The translations under genes were made by a program, and so were the position numbers. Below are positions 14,328 through 33,800 of a stretch of 64,000 nt of DNA, one piece after another. Source of the stretch: Trichoplax adhaerens (taxonomy: Eukaryota > Animalia > Placozoa); assembly GCF_000150275.1 (NCBI RefSeq), contig NW_002060944.1:5026123-5090122 (forward strand), given 5' to 3'. The notes under the pieces were generated by a model. The model worked only from the letters and a program-made list of their open reading frames with translations. It did not search any database and was not told the origin of the DNA. The number at the start of each line of letters is the position of its first letter. The stretch's first letter is position 1.

Positions 14328-17300
14328 GCAATTATACACTTATGCCGGTACTTTCAGCAGCTGTTAGAAAATCAAAGGTAAATACTAATTTATTATAGAT
14401 ATTTATTAAGTAACTAATTGTATCTGCTTCTTTCAGACGACAAAGGCTTTAACAAATTCTATAATATCGTTATTGATTTCAGTAATAGTCTCTATTATTC
14501 ATTTTTAAGATACTTGTAATCAAAAACCTAATTTAATCCAGACGTTGTAGTAATCATAAATATCAGTAAAGTATTAATACATCACAACCGACTGTGAACA
14601 AGAATAACAATTGAGTTATATCCTTCACACAACGCTTAAATCTATCCATGCGCATTTTACAGGTTTAAATTTTTTAAATTCGCCGTAAAGTTATCGTTCT
14701 AGTCAGTACTTTCTAAGTGTCAAGTTTTATATTAGACTACAGTTAAGTTTTCTATGATTCGTTGTTTATTACGATATAAAATGAAAAGAAATTAATTGTG
14801 CCATGATGACAAAATAGCTTATGTATTTTCATTACAGGAAGCTCCAAGAAAAGTGTACCAAATCTCAACATTTATGTCACATTATGGAATCATTTAATTT
14901 ATTAGAAAATCAAGACAGTATTATTGCTAACTTTCACAACTATATCAAGCTATTAAATGATGATTTTGATGACGGAGTCTTATACATCGACAATATTACT
15001 AAACTGTCAGCAAATTTGTGCGGTATTGAACAAAAGTTACATATATATGGTAATAAACTAAAGTAATGCTATTTCTTAATATAAAATTATAAAAATTATT
15101 GAATAATCCTTCAAATATGCTCACATCTTTTTCAATTTTAATCATAGCAACAATTGAACGAGATATTCTCTGGAGGCTGGTAGTGATTGTGTCGGCTTTA
15201 CTGGAATGCAATCACAAAGATATAGCATTAACCCTCCTTGACTGTATTGTTGAGCATGGTTCAATGTATAATCAGTATAGCTATGCTATGGCTGTTCATA
15301 TGCTAGCTTCGACCCATCTTAAGAAATCTGATTACTCTAAGGCTTTGCCTTTATACGATTCTTGCTTAAAACTTGTAAACGATCTTAGCATCTATGATAT
15401 TGAAATCAAATGTCACCTTGATTTAAGTCGCGCCTATATTGCCATCAATGATACCAAAATGGCTATTTTACATTATGAAAGCGCGTTGTATGTTGGAAAG
15501 AAAGGTAGTAAAAATTATGACAATAAGAAAAATTCGGATGAAATCAGTAGATATGTACTTAGCAAGCTTAATGCATCGCATGATAACGATTCAAATACGC
15601 CCAGCATCACTAGCAGTTCAATTCAAGATTGGACAGTGGAATTTGAGAATGAAAATCTTGCTGGTAGCTCTCAATATGTCTTTAAAGTTTTAGGCAGCAA
15701 TGATAAGTTGACCGGAGAACATTGGCTTCATTGTGAAGAAGAAGTTATAGGAAAGCTAAGTGTAATGTATAAAGTTCTTGGATTATATAAAGAAGCTTTA
15801 AAATATGCTACATCGCACATCAAGGTCTTGAATACTAGAGTAGGAAATCATGACGCTAATTTACTACTTAAACAAAAGCTCACCAAAGAAATAACAATTC
15901 AATCTAGTGGTGAAAATCATGAAAAGAAAGTTAATAATAGTCAATTGAAACATTCATCGGACGAAGTAAATCAAAAATGCGAGAGCCATGACCTCACAGA
16001 ATCAACAATAAAAAATGATGACGATAAGAGTAAAGATACTGAGGGAGAACGTGGCGATTCATTACAAATTTTGCTGTTGGAGGCCCACGCTAATCTTGGA
16101 TCTATTTATTTATTATTACAAGAGTATAAACTTGCTATCGCTGCATATGAAGCTCTAGCTGTTTTAAGCAGGAAAGCCAACAAAACTCTAATGCTTGGTA
16201 CCGCATATGGAAGTATTGGTGTAGCGTACTCTAAAATGGGCAATTATAGTTTAGCGTTAGCTTACTGCGAGCAACAGCTACATTTATCTATGAAAGCTGC
16301 CGATTCATCATCACAAATGGATGCTTTGCTAAAACTAGGAGATATCTGTCAGTCGTCTGGTGAATTACTAAAGGCTATAAACTATTACGATAAGACATTA
16401 ACTCTTTCACTAAGAACATATAGTATCCAATACGAAGCTTGTTGTAAATTGACTGCAGTCTATTATACCATGAAACATTATCGACAAGCGCAAATTAGTG
16501 CCGAACAAGCTCTACGATTAGCAAAGCAAATGTTGGATTATGATAAAGAAATGATAAGCAAATATCATCTATCCTATTTGCATTGCCTTCAAAATAATTA
16601 CGAACAGTCTATTGTTTTTCTATATGAAGTTGTTTCATATTTTGAAAATGACTTATCGCGTTATGAAATTGAATTATTAAATTCTTACCGTTATATACAG
16701 GAAGTATTGATAAAACTAGATAGAGTAGATGAAGCATTAATGTATGCTGAGAAGTATAATTCCTTTCGTTTAGTAGAATTTGTTAAATTGAGGGATCAAT
16801 TTCATGGATCACGACGTGATAATTACTCATTATCATTAGAGGAAATTTTAAGTGCTACACAAAGTATGTCATCCGATTCCATGCTTCTCTACTATTCAGT
16901 GGTTCATGGATATATCTACTTGTGGTTAATATCACCTACACGAGACATTATTCGATTCCATCAAGTTAAATTGAAAGGCATCGGATATCTATGTAATCAG
17001 ATGCAAAATTTTAGTAACATAGGCAGATCTGCAGTGTTGAGAAAAAAACGTGCCACCTCACCAGAAAATTCCGACTCCAAAATTATTCCTAATAATGCCG
17101 GAAAATCTGAAATGCCTTCAGCTAGAAGCGTTCTTGAAGATAAAGATCTGTTCAATCAAAATGATTTGCAAAGATTATACTATCATACGGAAAATCGAAA
17201 GTTGTTTGATTATCGTCAAAGTCATTCAGTCCGTGATGATCCAACATTTCTTCATGAATTATATGAACGTATCCAGTGCAGTAGTGTGTTATCGGCTCTA

Positions 17301-20300
17301 AAAACCCTGTATGCTAAACTTATCTCACCTATTGAAAATGATCTCAATCTAGCTAGTATCGATCATTTAATCATAGTTTGTGGAAACCATTTAGCCTTTG
17401 TGCCGTATTATACATTATGTGATGCCTGTGGTACAAGTTTATATCAAAAATTTAAAGTCAGCATTTTCTCGTCTCTTCTAACACTGCAAATTGCCAATAG
17501 TAATGCTATGAAGCATTCAATGCATAACTATGCTACTAGTTATCAAAAACCAAGGGTTCATGTTTACCCATACGATCTATCATTACAACAGTTTAAGGAA
17601 GGCGATAAAAAGGAAACTTCCGATAATATCATTCAATCTGAATGCATCTTAGTAGCTGGTAATCCTGTTTTCAAGCAAAAACTAGCAAGCAATGAACGTG
17701 TTTGGAAATCAAACAATCCGTTATCAATGTCGTTAGACGAAGTTAGGCAAATTGGATTACGACTGAATACAACGCCTTTAGTAGGCTCGATGGCAACCAA
17801 GGAACGGGTACTCCAGGAATTAACCAAAGCTTCAGTTGTCCATCTATCAACATTAGGCTGTTTATATTATAACTGTTTAGCATTTACTCCCAATCCTTAT
17901 CGATTGAATACGGATACAGCGGAAGAAGATTCCTATTTAGTGACAATGGATGACTTGAAACAAATAAAATTAAAAGCAAAAATTATCGTTCTCAGCTCGT
18001 GCAGCCAGAATAGCTATAGCGATAAAAATGCTCTACATCAGTTAACTTATCATTTACCCAATATGCTACTGGCTTGTGGAGCATGTTCTGTTCTTGTACC
18101 GCTATGGCCGATACCTGATTTGGCATCTGATGCCTTTTGGTTCCATTTTTACAGTCATCTTTACAAACATCAACGATTAAGTCTAGCATTAAAATCAGCA
18201 TTAAATAGCATTCGAGAAGATAATCGACTGGTCGAACCCGTATGCTGGGGATCTTATGTGCTCTTGGGACAAGATATGGCTATAGATATTAAACAGATAG
18301 AACATCACATGTTGAATAAATCTATTGATGAACAAAAAATGCGAATGGAAACATTACTTACCAGTAAACAGACATCATCACCCCGCGATAAATCATTCGA
18401 GGGTAATAAATTTCACGTAGTTACCAATTATGAATTGCAGAATAAGTTTGTGGCAGTATGCAAAAATAATTTGAATTTTTATATATCAAACAAACTCATC
18501 AATTGATTTAATTCTATAGAAATAAATGTCGTACCCTCTGTGAAGATGAATGAATTACAGAAGTTATTAGCTGAATTATTTAAATGCTATAAAATGCCTG
18601 ATTTTATTCAGATTGTAAAGGAAATGTTGCAGCTGGTAAGAAACTTCCATTTAGATCGAATTTTGTATAGTACAGTAGCGTATGAGAAGGTTTACCTCTT
18701 TAAAATAGTGTTTTACAATTGTGATATCTTTTCGTTCTGACCACGATAATAATTATTTGAAACTCACCATGTTTTCATTTAAGATTGACCGTGCAGTAGC
18801 ATATGTGCAAGATTTACAGCAAAATCCTGATACGATGCAGCTATCGACCGAAATGGCAGAAATACCAGCATGTCGAAAATTATTGTCTTTGATTGGTTTT
18901 AACTTTCAATCTAATCCAAATCAGTTGGACAATAATTGTGTTATATTTCCACATTGGGACTATGATAGTCTCCTAAGGCCATGTCAACTAGCCTTGAGAT
19001 CTATTAAGGGTAAGCTAGTAGTAGTATTTCAAGGCTTCATTGTTATTGAATCATTTCAGAACTTTTTCTCAATTTGGAAAACTATTGATGCGCATAATCT
19101 AGTTAGAAAAATTACTTATAAGGACTCAATCGTTTTCTATATTTTTACCTAAGGAATAGTGAAATTTCCGTCCTGCCTCTTTGCAATTTCCAAGTTATTG
19201 CCGTTAGATGATAAACTGCATAAATATTTGATTAAACTGGTATATATAACTAAACTATATGATATCCTGTTCAATTAAATTGTTCTAAAATCAATTTATA
19301 TTAACATCCAAGTAATATACTTATGATTTAATTAAATATTTACTTGATAGTTACATGCGACTAATTCAAGCTACATCGACATTACGGATTCCTATGTTCA
19401 TAATGTTTGGCAAGTTAACCCTAAGTCCCGGCAGCTATTGATAAGCCTAGGATATCATCAAGCAGGAACTTTATTGATACCAGATCGAAATTTAAATGCC
19501 CAAGTGAGAGATTGTTGCCAACTTTTACTAGCACTACTTGGTAAGACTTAAGTACAGAAGCTAAAAATTTCATTCGATAATGAATCATACTGTAGACAGC
19601 GTATTTATCATCTTCCTATTATGGTTGATAAAGTCTATATGTGGTCGATATCATGTATTAATAATTGTTATTAATACTATGCCTGAATCAGCTAGTAGTT
19701 TAAAGAATTAAAATATGCTAACTGTAATATTCAAGTAGTTGTGTCATGTTATTTAATTCATAGGCATGTGTATGATTTCACTGTTATTAATATGCCATAA
19801 TTTTAATTATCTATTTTAAATTAAAAAAAATGTAGCTCCGGAATCTAATTCAATTAAACCTAAGCGTAATAGGACCAAATCAGCTCCAGAGTCAATGCTG
19901 AACGAACAGAAATTTTCATCTCGTCCAACAGCGTTGACGCCGGTAATATAATTGTTTATGTGAAATATGAGTAACTATTTCTTTTATTCGCTGAATTAAA
20001 TGCTTGTAGCGATGAATTAAACGTCTATAGCATTATTAGGCTACAATAGCTTTAGCATTGTTCATACGTTGACCGAAGTTAAAGGCTGAAAATATTTAAT
20101 ATTAATTTAATGCAGAAAATGATACATTCAGATAAGACTGATTTTATTTGAACAACCTTCCAATTACTGATGAACAATATTTTTACGCGGTTTTAAACAA
20201 GTTTGATTAAGCTAGGTTTATAATCTAACATTCATTTTTTACAAATTAATTTGCTTAGAAGTAATGTACTATATCATGAAATCGTAGATCATCACTAATT

Positions 20301-21621
20301 ACAGAAGTATTTGAGATAAAGTATAAATGATTTAAGCTTGTTTGCCTGCCATAATGGGATCGTGTATATATACTACGACAAACAGAGCAATGGCACTCTC
20401 TTGTAACGCGTAGTGTGAGATGGATTTTCTCTCTATTATATTTTACTCGTTCATGAAATTGGAGAGAAAAAATAAGCTAATATACTATAGCAATGCTTTA
20501 TGAAGAGTTTTATAAATTCTTGTATTAGACTTGATGATAAGTCAACGGAAATTGTAACCGATTATTTATATTTTACTAGGAAATGAGCGACGCATCATCA
20601 TTGTCATCTTTTAAACTTCCGCCTTTGAATGATCAATCCAGTGACAGGGTATCGTTTTAACACCTACGACTGTTATTTATTTTCTAAGAACTTGCTAGCA
20701 CAAGGAAATTGACCTATTTTATCATCTTAGGTTTTGATGACCTCAACTTGGTCTCCACGAACATCGTTCAAAACTAGCTCAGGGACTGTTAAGCTTGCCA
20801 AGAGGTAACCACGCCGCTGTTATCAACTTGAATACATTTAGAAGTCTTACAACGTATTGTGAATTAACTATATTTGTTACATAGTTGTAGAAAGATGTAT
20901 CTAAGCATTTCTACTTTTGCATATCAATTGTAGTTTAATAAAGTAAGCAGGCTACATGTATAATTACTCGTGAGCGGACATGATTTACATAATACTAGTT
21001 AGCAATACATTCACACAATACACCCACAATCCACTAGATGCTGGATATTAAACTTTCGCAGTTTAACATACACCTATTATAAAAGGATGTCATAACAATT
21101 TACAGTAACTGCTACAATATATACTGTATATACAATGCGTAAACGGAATGTATTCCTTTATGATTGAAAAAAAACAAATTAATATTTCTAGGGTAGAGTC
21201 TGTGTTAGAGCAGTGTACGATACGCAGATTATATATTTGTGCCTATACGTGAATAAAATATTTTTTTGAGGATCTTCTTTTATACCCCTATAGAATGGAT
21301 GCCTTGAATACAGGATTCTCACATTATGCAATCGATGCTGATGAATGGCATCAAAAGCAAGTTGGAAAGCAGGGTATCAGCAGTGCTGCGGCAAGCAATG
21401 ATCTCTCATTACCTGCTGAAGGTGTGGTTAAGGTTAAATCCGGTAGTTCACCTTCTTGTCCACGAATACCAATTAATTATAAGCCAGCCATGACGTCCAC
21501 GACAATCTTGCAACAACGACATCGAGGTCATCAGGCTTATAATGAGCAGCTGAAGGACGTTGTTGATCATAAAGACTATACAATTGATCAAATGTATCAC
21601 ATGTCAGAGAACGAATTGTAG
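14328..21621 (+). CDS. TTC28: TTC28-like TPR-repeat + CHAT (caspase-like) domain protein; 5' end uncertain
   Basis: 1135-aa ORF with TPRs (AYGSIGVAYSKMGNYSLALAY) and a CHAT domain (VHLSTLG, IIVLSSC, LLACGACSVLVPLWPIPD, PVCWGSYVLLG). Later exons give the TTC28-like C-terminal segment IPACRKLLSLIGF..FP. Phase-compatible upstream exons at 14328-14377 and from 14838. Last exon ends at 21621. Confidence 0.75.
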
Positions 21622-21701
21622 TCCTGCATGGTTTAATAACATAGGTGAAAACAGCTAATTCATAAATCTCCGCGACATTTTCATATTGAATACAGACATA
21701 G

Positions 21702-21875
21702 TAATTTGTTGCTGCCAATTTTATAATGTATCTAATGAATCGACGTGATAGCTAGATGTATCCATAATCATATACGTGTATTAGATATCCTAATTTGTTG
21801 CTGACAATTTTATAGTGAGTGTATCTAATGGATCGACGTGATAGCTAGATGCATCCATAAACGTATACTTGTATT
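21702..21875. repeat. Imperfect tandem duplication, 2 x ~89 bp, just 3' of TTC28-like
   Basis: TAATTTGTTGCTG...ATCGACGTGATAGCTAGATG...CCATAA starts at 21702 and again at 21791. Confidence 0.9.
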
Positions 21876-23589
21876 TATAAAGATAATTTTTGTGTACATG
21901 TACACTACCTGCAAAAGCTTATGATATTACCACGCTTAATTAAACGCGAGACAAGTTCGTAACATACATATAAATACCGGTAAAAAGTATCTGTCTAGTT
22001 GCTATTACTATTCTTATGTTATCCTATACGAAATCTTCTATACCACTACAGACTCCACCAATACACTACGTCCATATAATGATTGAGTTATACCCATAAA
22101 AAAACAAAGGTAATGGGATGAAAAGAGAATTTGTGGAACTCATTAAATTACCGTCCATTAATTAAATTAAATTAAATTATATTATATGCAACAATAAGGC
22201 TGATGCTTTAACTAGCAAGTAGACGCAACAACACGCGTATATCGAAAATTTATGATAAAGATTATACGGTATAATTTTACAAGGTGATAATCGTATTGTC
22301 GATTTTACTCTGTAATTACAAAGTAATTGAAATTAAGGCTGAATTATTGATCTGCTGAATTTCTACTAAGTATTGACCTACTGTACTAACATATGCATAT
22401 TATCATGTATGACGTGCAGTACTGCATGTTTACGTCAATATTGTAAGATACGAATAAAGTTTGTTCGGTTCAAAATCAATATAGCATTGGTAAGGTTTTT
22501 AAGGTAAATTGTTTTACTTGGTGTCTTTGAACCTTGCATTTGCGGCTATATATGTCAAGTGTTTGCACTGTTGATTCAATAGAAAGGAAAACTATTGAGG
22601 AAACGATATAATTTGTTCCATGATCCAGGTAGAGTATTCCGATGCTACACAGTAGGATACCGTACCTCCCACATTCCTTCCAAGGTTAACTCCAAAAATA
22701 GAGACGTGTCTCTCTCCCTTTTTTAAGCCATTCCTACAAAATATCTAAAATCCAATCAGCATATAACTTCTTTACATTTTTATGCTAAAAAAGAATGCCA
22801 GTTCTGGAGATTTAGCGCTACAGCTTGTATCGTCTTTACCAGAGCTCAGAGGGTCAGAGTTTTGAATGCACTGGCGCCCCGCGGGTGTTGTATAACTTTT
22901 ACTAAAGTATATTGACTCACGGATCAAGGGTTAATGACGCTTGTAGCATATTAAAGCGATCACGGTTAGGGCTCTGGTCCGTACTCCGTATTGAGTTTTC
23001 TTGACCTTTACTGCCTGCAAGTCTTGCCAGGGACTAGACAACAAAAAATTTTCCCCTCCTGCCCGCAACTGAATTTGTCTTGGCTCTCTCTCATTTTGTC
23101 TTGATTCTCTCTTATAATACTTGATAGGAAAATTTTTTTTTTTATGATTATAAAACGGGCAAATTTCAGTTCCTGTCTGCAGCACTGCATAGCGGGCTAC
23201 AACCTTATCACAATGTCATTTTGCAAAGTTGCTGAAATTCAAGCATTGGATATAAATTTGCCATTTGTATATTATTATGTACCAGCAAATGTGGAGAACT
23301 TAGTACCGTACACCGTTCATTTGAATTGATAATTATTTATATATATAATTAGTTGATTACTGGTGCTTATGTATCTCCATTATACAGTACGAGTATGGAC
23401 AAAGAGCCCTGAATTATTCAAAGTTCTACATTACGAATATACCGTAGTATACAGTATGCTTACAAGAAAATGTTATCCAATTAGCGACTCTTCCATTTTA
23501 GTTTTAGCCAAGAAAAACTCTCAAAGTGCCAGATAAAATGTTTTATAGCTGTGATATGTTGTACAGCAAGTGGACTTTCAATGTCTATC

Positions 23590-23960
23590 TGTTCAGTACA
23601 GTATACTGTTCATTATTATGAACTCGGTGTTGTGATCATACGGACACTCGGACAGAACACTGGTACAGGACGGTATTACGTAATTCTCCTAAAATACAAC
23701 TGGTAGAAGCGTCGAACTGAAACATGACATACTGTACAGTGTACAGTATGTAGAGTACAGACACCAGGGCACAGCTGAAGCCTGAGTGGCTGACGTTTCA
23801 CCGTCCTGTCGGCTTGGTCTCGCGTGCTACCTGCCTACAGTACGTCCAGGACGATACTGTACACTGTACACTGTACACTACAGTCAAAACACTGTAGTGG
23901 AGGATCGTAGTCCTCGCTCGACGGCACGGTAAAACGTCACCCCCTGGGCGTCAAATCACT
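23590..23960 (+). promoter_or_regulatory. Putative dynamin promoter with a CTGTACA motif cluster
   Basis: GC-richer segment immediately upstream of the ATG, with ACTGTACAGTGTACAGT, (ACTGTAC)x3 and TGACGT/ACGTCA half-sites. Confidence 0.5.
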
Positions 23961-24054
23961 GAAGTCAACTCGATCAAGATTGTGGCAATCTCATATTGAC
24001 GTTGGCAGTAGAAAATTCATTGGCAGTGAAAAAATCTTCTCCAAAGAGATCAAC

Positions 24055-29181
<5,127 letters not shown>

Positions 29182-29538
29182 CTGACGAATATGCAAGACT
29201 TGCTTTAGCTCCAGTAGTGTCTACTGTTTTAGGTTAACGCATATTTGCGATTTTGCATTTAGCTGCTTAGTCTGATATAAAATTCTAAAACATTGCCATC
29301 ATGACTCGTAATGTCAAAAATAAATTGCATTTGCGCGCATCATTTTATAGCAAACGTACTTTATTTTAATCTTTATACATGATAGAATCTAAAACAGTAA
29401 ATTTCAGCAATTGGAATAATTTCAAAATCAGTTTGAAATCAAGTTCTTTACTCATGCTTTATTTAGGCAGTTAGAATTTTCGCTTTGAATTACTTAAGTA
29501 ATTTACAGTGGTTTACTTTAGAACAATTAATAGCAATG

Positions 29539-32500
29539 TTATCTTGTCGCATAGATTAATCTTGGTGAGTTCGGTTGAGCGTTTCGTAAATGCAGACAAC
29601 AATCACTATTCAATCCTCGAATCCAGAATTTCAAAACATGTACATCTTGACCATTTACACCTAATATCTGTAAAAGTCTGTAGGACAAATTCGTTAATTG
29701 GATTGCAATTTGCTAAACGTAATGATGAATATATATATATATATTTATATATATATGTTTACTTTTTGGTTTCTTGTTCCGTATGATATTCTGTCTTGAT
29801 AAATTTATAGAATAGTTTTGCTTTACTGGATTTATTGTACATTAAAACAAGAAAGCTTTTTAATGAACGGTGTGGTCGCAATATTGAAATATTTTATGAT
29901 AACTGTACTAACTTCATGTATTCTTGCTTAACGGCTAAAAGGAATTGATTTATTACAGCGGGGGAAGTATTTGTGTCAGATATTAATGTCCCTAGCTTTA
30001 TTATCAAATTTGGAGCTTCAATGCAAGAAAAATTTTTATTAGTAAATTTACTAATCTATACTGTACGTATATAGATAATACTCGTATAGTGATATTCCTT
30101 ACTAACAATACCAGAAAATATGAAATTTAAAAATGCTTTAGTACGCTATGCGCGTATCAAGTCACCTTTATCTTTCCATTTTGAGCAATGAGTAAGATTT
30201 GTATGCAAATTAAATCCGGCACTATTAGTGGAAAGTTGTAAAATATCAATTAGTATCGATTACAAATTAATGTAGCAATTCTTAAATAACATATTGACCC
30301 GGATTTAGCAGAGTTATCCACTTGGTGAGCCAATGGAATAATATCTAAGAGGGCGTATAAATCGGAGGCGAGAACATGTTGGGGGATTTCAGTACATAAG
30401 TTTAATCCTAGAAAGTTACATTTCCAAGAATCCTAAACAGTAGGTTAACAGCATTTATGAGATAATTTGAGATAAAATTCTGATATTACAGCTAACATCA
30501 TATCTCAAGTAACCGGCTTTCACATTACCTGGTATTCAGTATTCTTATATATTACTTTACAACAATCACTAGGTAATAAAGACTAATATAAAAGTAAAAG
30601 ATAGGTAATTAGAATCTTCAGAGTTTACAACGTTGTTTCTGTATGCTCTTAATGAATAGGGATATAAAAGTCGTTGGCGCTATATGACAAATAAAATGTT
30701 ACTACGAATATAAACATAACAGTTATAGCTTCTAATTAACTTACCTGTAAAATATCGATGGCAGAAGAAACCAGAGAGTCAACTGATGATCTGATAATGA
30801 TTTGATTGCCAAGGATGACATGTTGACATAAAGTTAAAAAATCTTCCCTATTCATAGTCTAAATATCAATCAATTAGAGCGTAATAAAACATATATAAAT
30901 CATACACTTAATACCGTAAATATAATAAGCATCTTTAACAGTGTAGACTGTATTTTATTACTCTGCAGCATGTACATTACTAGCAATATTTACCTGCGAC
31001 AACTGAAGTATTGAATCGAAATGTGCATCTATCGTGTATTTCTTGTCTAACGATAGAATAAAGTATTGATACTTGAAATACAGGTACAATGCAAACGTCG
31101 AAGGGTTCAGCTTTATATCGGGTATTAAAACTTTACATTATTTTTGTCATTAATGATACGGTCAGCATACCTATATCTATGAAATTGTTATCAAAATTAA
31201 GAGAAGGACCTTCCAATGATCTTTCTGTAAAATGGCGAGCACCTTCTTTAAGCATCCACGTAAAGTAGGAATGTAATCGAGTAAAGATATCCTACAGTAA
31301 GATGAATATTACCTTTCCATGAGTTCGGTCTGTGGTGTGCAATTCAGTACTATTTAGAATACTAATAGTTCCGTTTACTTACCGAATCTTTTAATATATC
31401 GGTAAGAGAGCGAGTAGCTCTACCGGTACCGCTTCTTTTGCGTGAAAGTGGGCCTAAGCATAATATACATGTATTATCTCGTTTCATAAGCTATCCTGAA
31501 TTATTATCTACATTACAGTATACCAATATATCCACATCTGAGAGAAATTTATCAACTAATAAATTAATTTACCTAAATCGAGTGCAATAGTTCTATAAGG
31601 ATTTCTTTTTACTTGCTTTTTCTCACTTTCATAAACTTTTAATGCCTTTAAAATATTAGATTGCAGCAAGACAAAGTATTTAAGTTTTTAATTTGGTCAT
31701 CGATAAATAAATATAATAGGAATTTCTATAGAATGAAATATAATCTTACCTTAGATTGTAGATCGCTAGTCACTTTCTGAATGTGGCTATATTATGTAAC
31801 GATAATAAATATATTCAAGATATTGCTTATCCATTAACTAGTATATATAGAAAGGTTATGAGCAGATATCTATGACTGTCTTTCAATCGTCGTCAGGAAT
31901 TAAATGAACTTACCTAGTGAAAAAGTTCCAGGAATTGATTAAAAAAATTTTATCCTTGCTTACTATTATAATGCTATACCTATCAATACAATAATCATAT
32001 GCAAGTTATAGAAAAGTTGATCGGGTCATGGAGTCCTTCAATCATTCTCTTTATATCTATAGTACAACATGTATTTAATTTATGTTTGAACAGAAAAACT
32101 GACCATTTTTGCTGTCCTCTAGCTTCAACATCTTTCAAGGAAAATGTATAACTAAAAACATAGCCTTTGAAACTATCGCCGAAGATAACTGGTCCTTCTC
32201 TACCAGGGCAGATTTCACAACTAAGGCTAAAATAGGATGAAAGAGAAGATTCAAGAAAAATCCAGTGAATAGTATCTATCGCTGTACATTGTACTTTATA
32301 AGGTGATATAATCTACATGAAAGCTGAGCTTAGAATAATATATCTCATTAACACTTAGTCATAGTAGAACTAACCTTCGAATACAAGCATGCCTCAGAGC
32401 AGTGTATAATTCAGGACTATCAGGATCATGTCTACTAACATAAACGATATCAGCGCTTTTATCAAAGCTAACTAAGCCACGTTGACCGACAGGTATTGAT

Positions 32501-33038
32501 CCACAGGCATCACAGGAATCGACTTTTGAAGACGAGCTATTACTCGACGCTTTACTTTCATTATCACTAGAGGAAGAGAAGATGTCAATAATGTGTCAAC
32601 ATTGGTGTAATCCTAGACTGTCGTTCTCCACTTTAACCTTTCAAGCATAAGGGTATAAGAATAACGACGGTCCTATTTTCTACTCGTTTATGCTACCTAT
32701 TCTACCAAAGTGCTTCTTCTACTGTACTGTATCATTCATTAATTCTACGTCTGGATATATATCTATAATGTACAGTGTAGACGTAGCCTATGATGGTGCG
32801 GTATGTCGCAAAAGCCCAACTTACTGGTTATCGCCATTGGGTGTTGTTGCTTGATGTTGCTTTGCATAACGATCGATATCGTGAAATACCTAACGAAAAT
32901 GAATGAAATTTCAACATCGCAAATGAGATCTATCTAAGGATGACTTCCTACAATGATAAATAGGCTTACCTGTGTATAAAATATGATTTTAGGTCCATGA
33001 ACTTCACAGAAATGGCATAAAGCAACAACAGCATTCAT
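29539..33038 (-). CDS. FLCN: Folliculin
   Basis: Essentially missed by the ORF track. Spliced exons give [76 protein letters not shown]; TAA at 29539-29541. Confidence 0.93.
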
Positions 33039-33800
33039 GTTGATTTCCTCGATTCCAACTATGTGTAGAATGCTAACGTCACGCCAGCGTCTCTGCTACT
33101 CTACACTGTACACTGTACAGTGTAGAGTTCTTTGCTCCTGTGTGGGTGTCATGTGACTATTGAGTCGTCGCAGTAAAAGGATCTGTAGTAGAAGAAAACC
33201 AGTAGTAGTCCATGACCGTGGGATATTCATTCTGTCTCTTGTTGTCTACAGTACGCAACATTATCAAAAAGTACTACAGTATAGTAGTGCCTTACAAGTT
33301 GCGTCTTCTTCACTTGGAAATCGGAAAAATTTCGGCGTAATCCTTGATCATTCCAGTGCTGTATAATTAATCCAATCCAATCCGACCTGTACCGTTCTTT
33401 TAGTGTGTACTATACGGTAGTGTAGGTACTGTACGATACTGTAGTGGATAGGCAAATGAGTGGTCATACAGCACAGTACAGCGACTGCGCAGTAATGCAC
33501 ACTAGCCTGAAATCACATCCCGATTTTACACCCGTGTACAGTACATTGTACAGTGAGTGTACAGTACATTGTACAGTGCAAGCCTCTCAAGACCTGGACT
33601 GGAATCGACTGTACTGTACCGTACCGGACCATACCGGACCGGACTGTACCAGTAGGAGTGACTTCATTTTTTCCACATTAAAACGCTGCCAGTGCATTCT
33701 TAGAGATTAATTAAGGTTAAAGGGGTGGAAACGAAAACGAGCTCGCAGGACTGTACTACGGGCAAAGAAGACGAAAGAAAAGGTCATTTATTTTCCATGT
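33039..33800. promoter_or_regulatory. Putative bidirectional FLCN/ARPC5 promoter with GTAC-rich motifs
   Basis: Head-to-head genes; CTGTACA/TGTACAG arrays at ~33100-33125 and ~33535-33650; tandem CCAAT at ~33370. Confidence 0.5.

Noticed and set aside
22640-23190. GC-richer segment resembling a MITE (CAGGG/CAGTG ends, AGGG-TTAA) or U11 snRNA (GGCGCCC end)
   Set aside because: No matching terminal inverted repeats or target-site duplication could be paired, and there is no Sm site or U11 core. It may be TE debris but is unsupported.
30300-30585. Apparent frameshifts in FLCN exons
   Set aside because: On careful re-reading the frames are intact ([18 protein letters not shown]; [19 protein letters not shown]).
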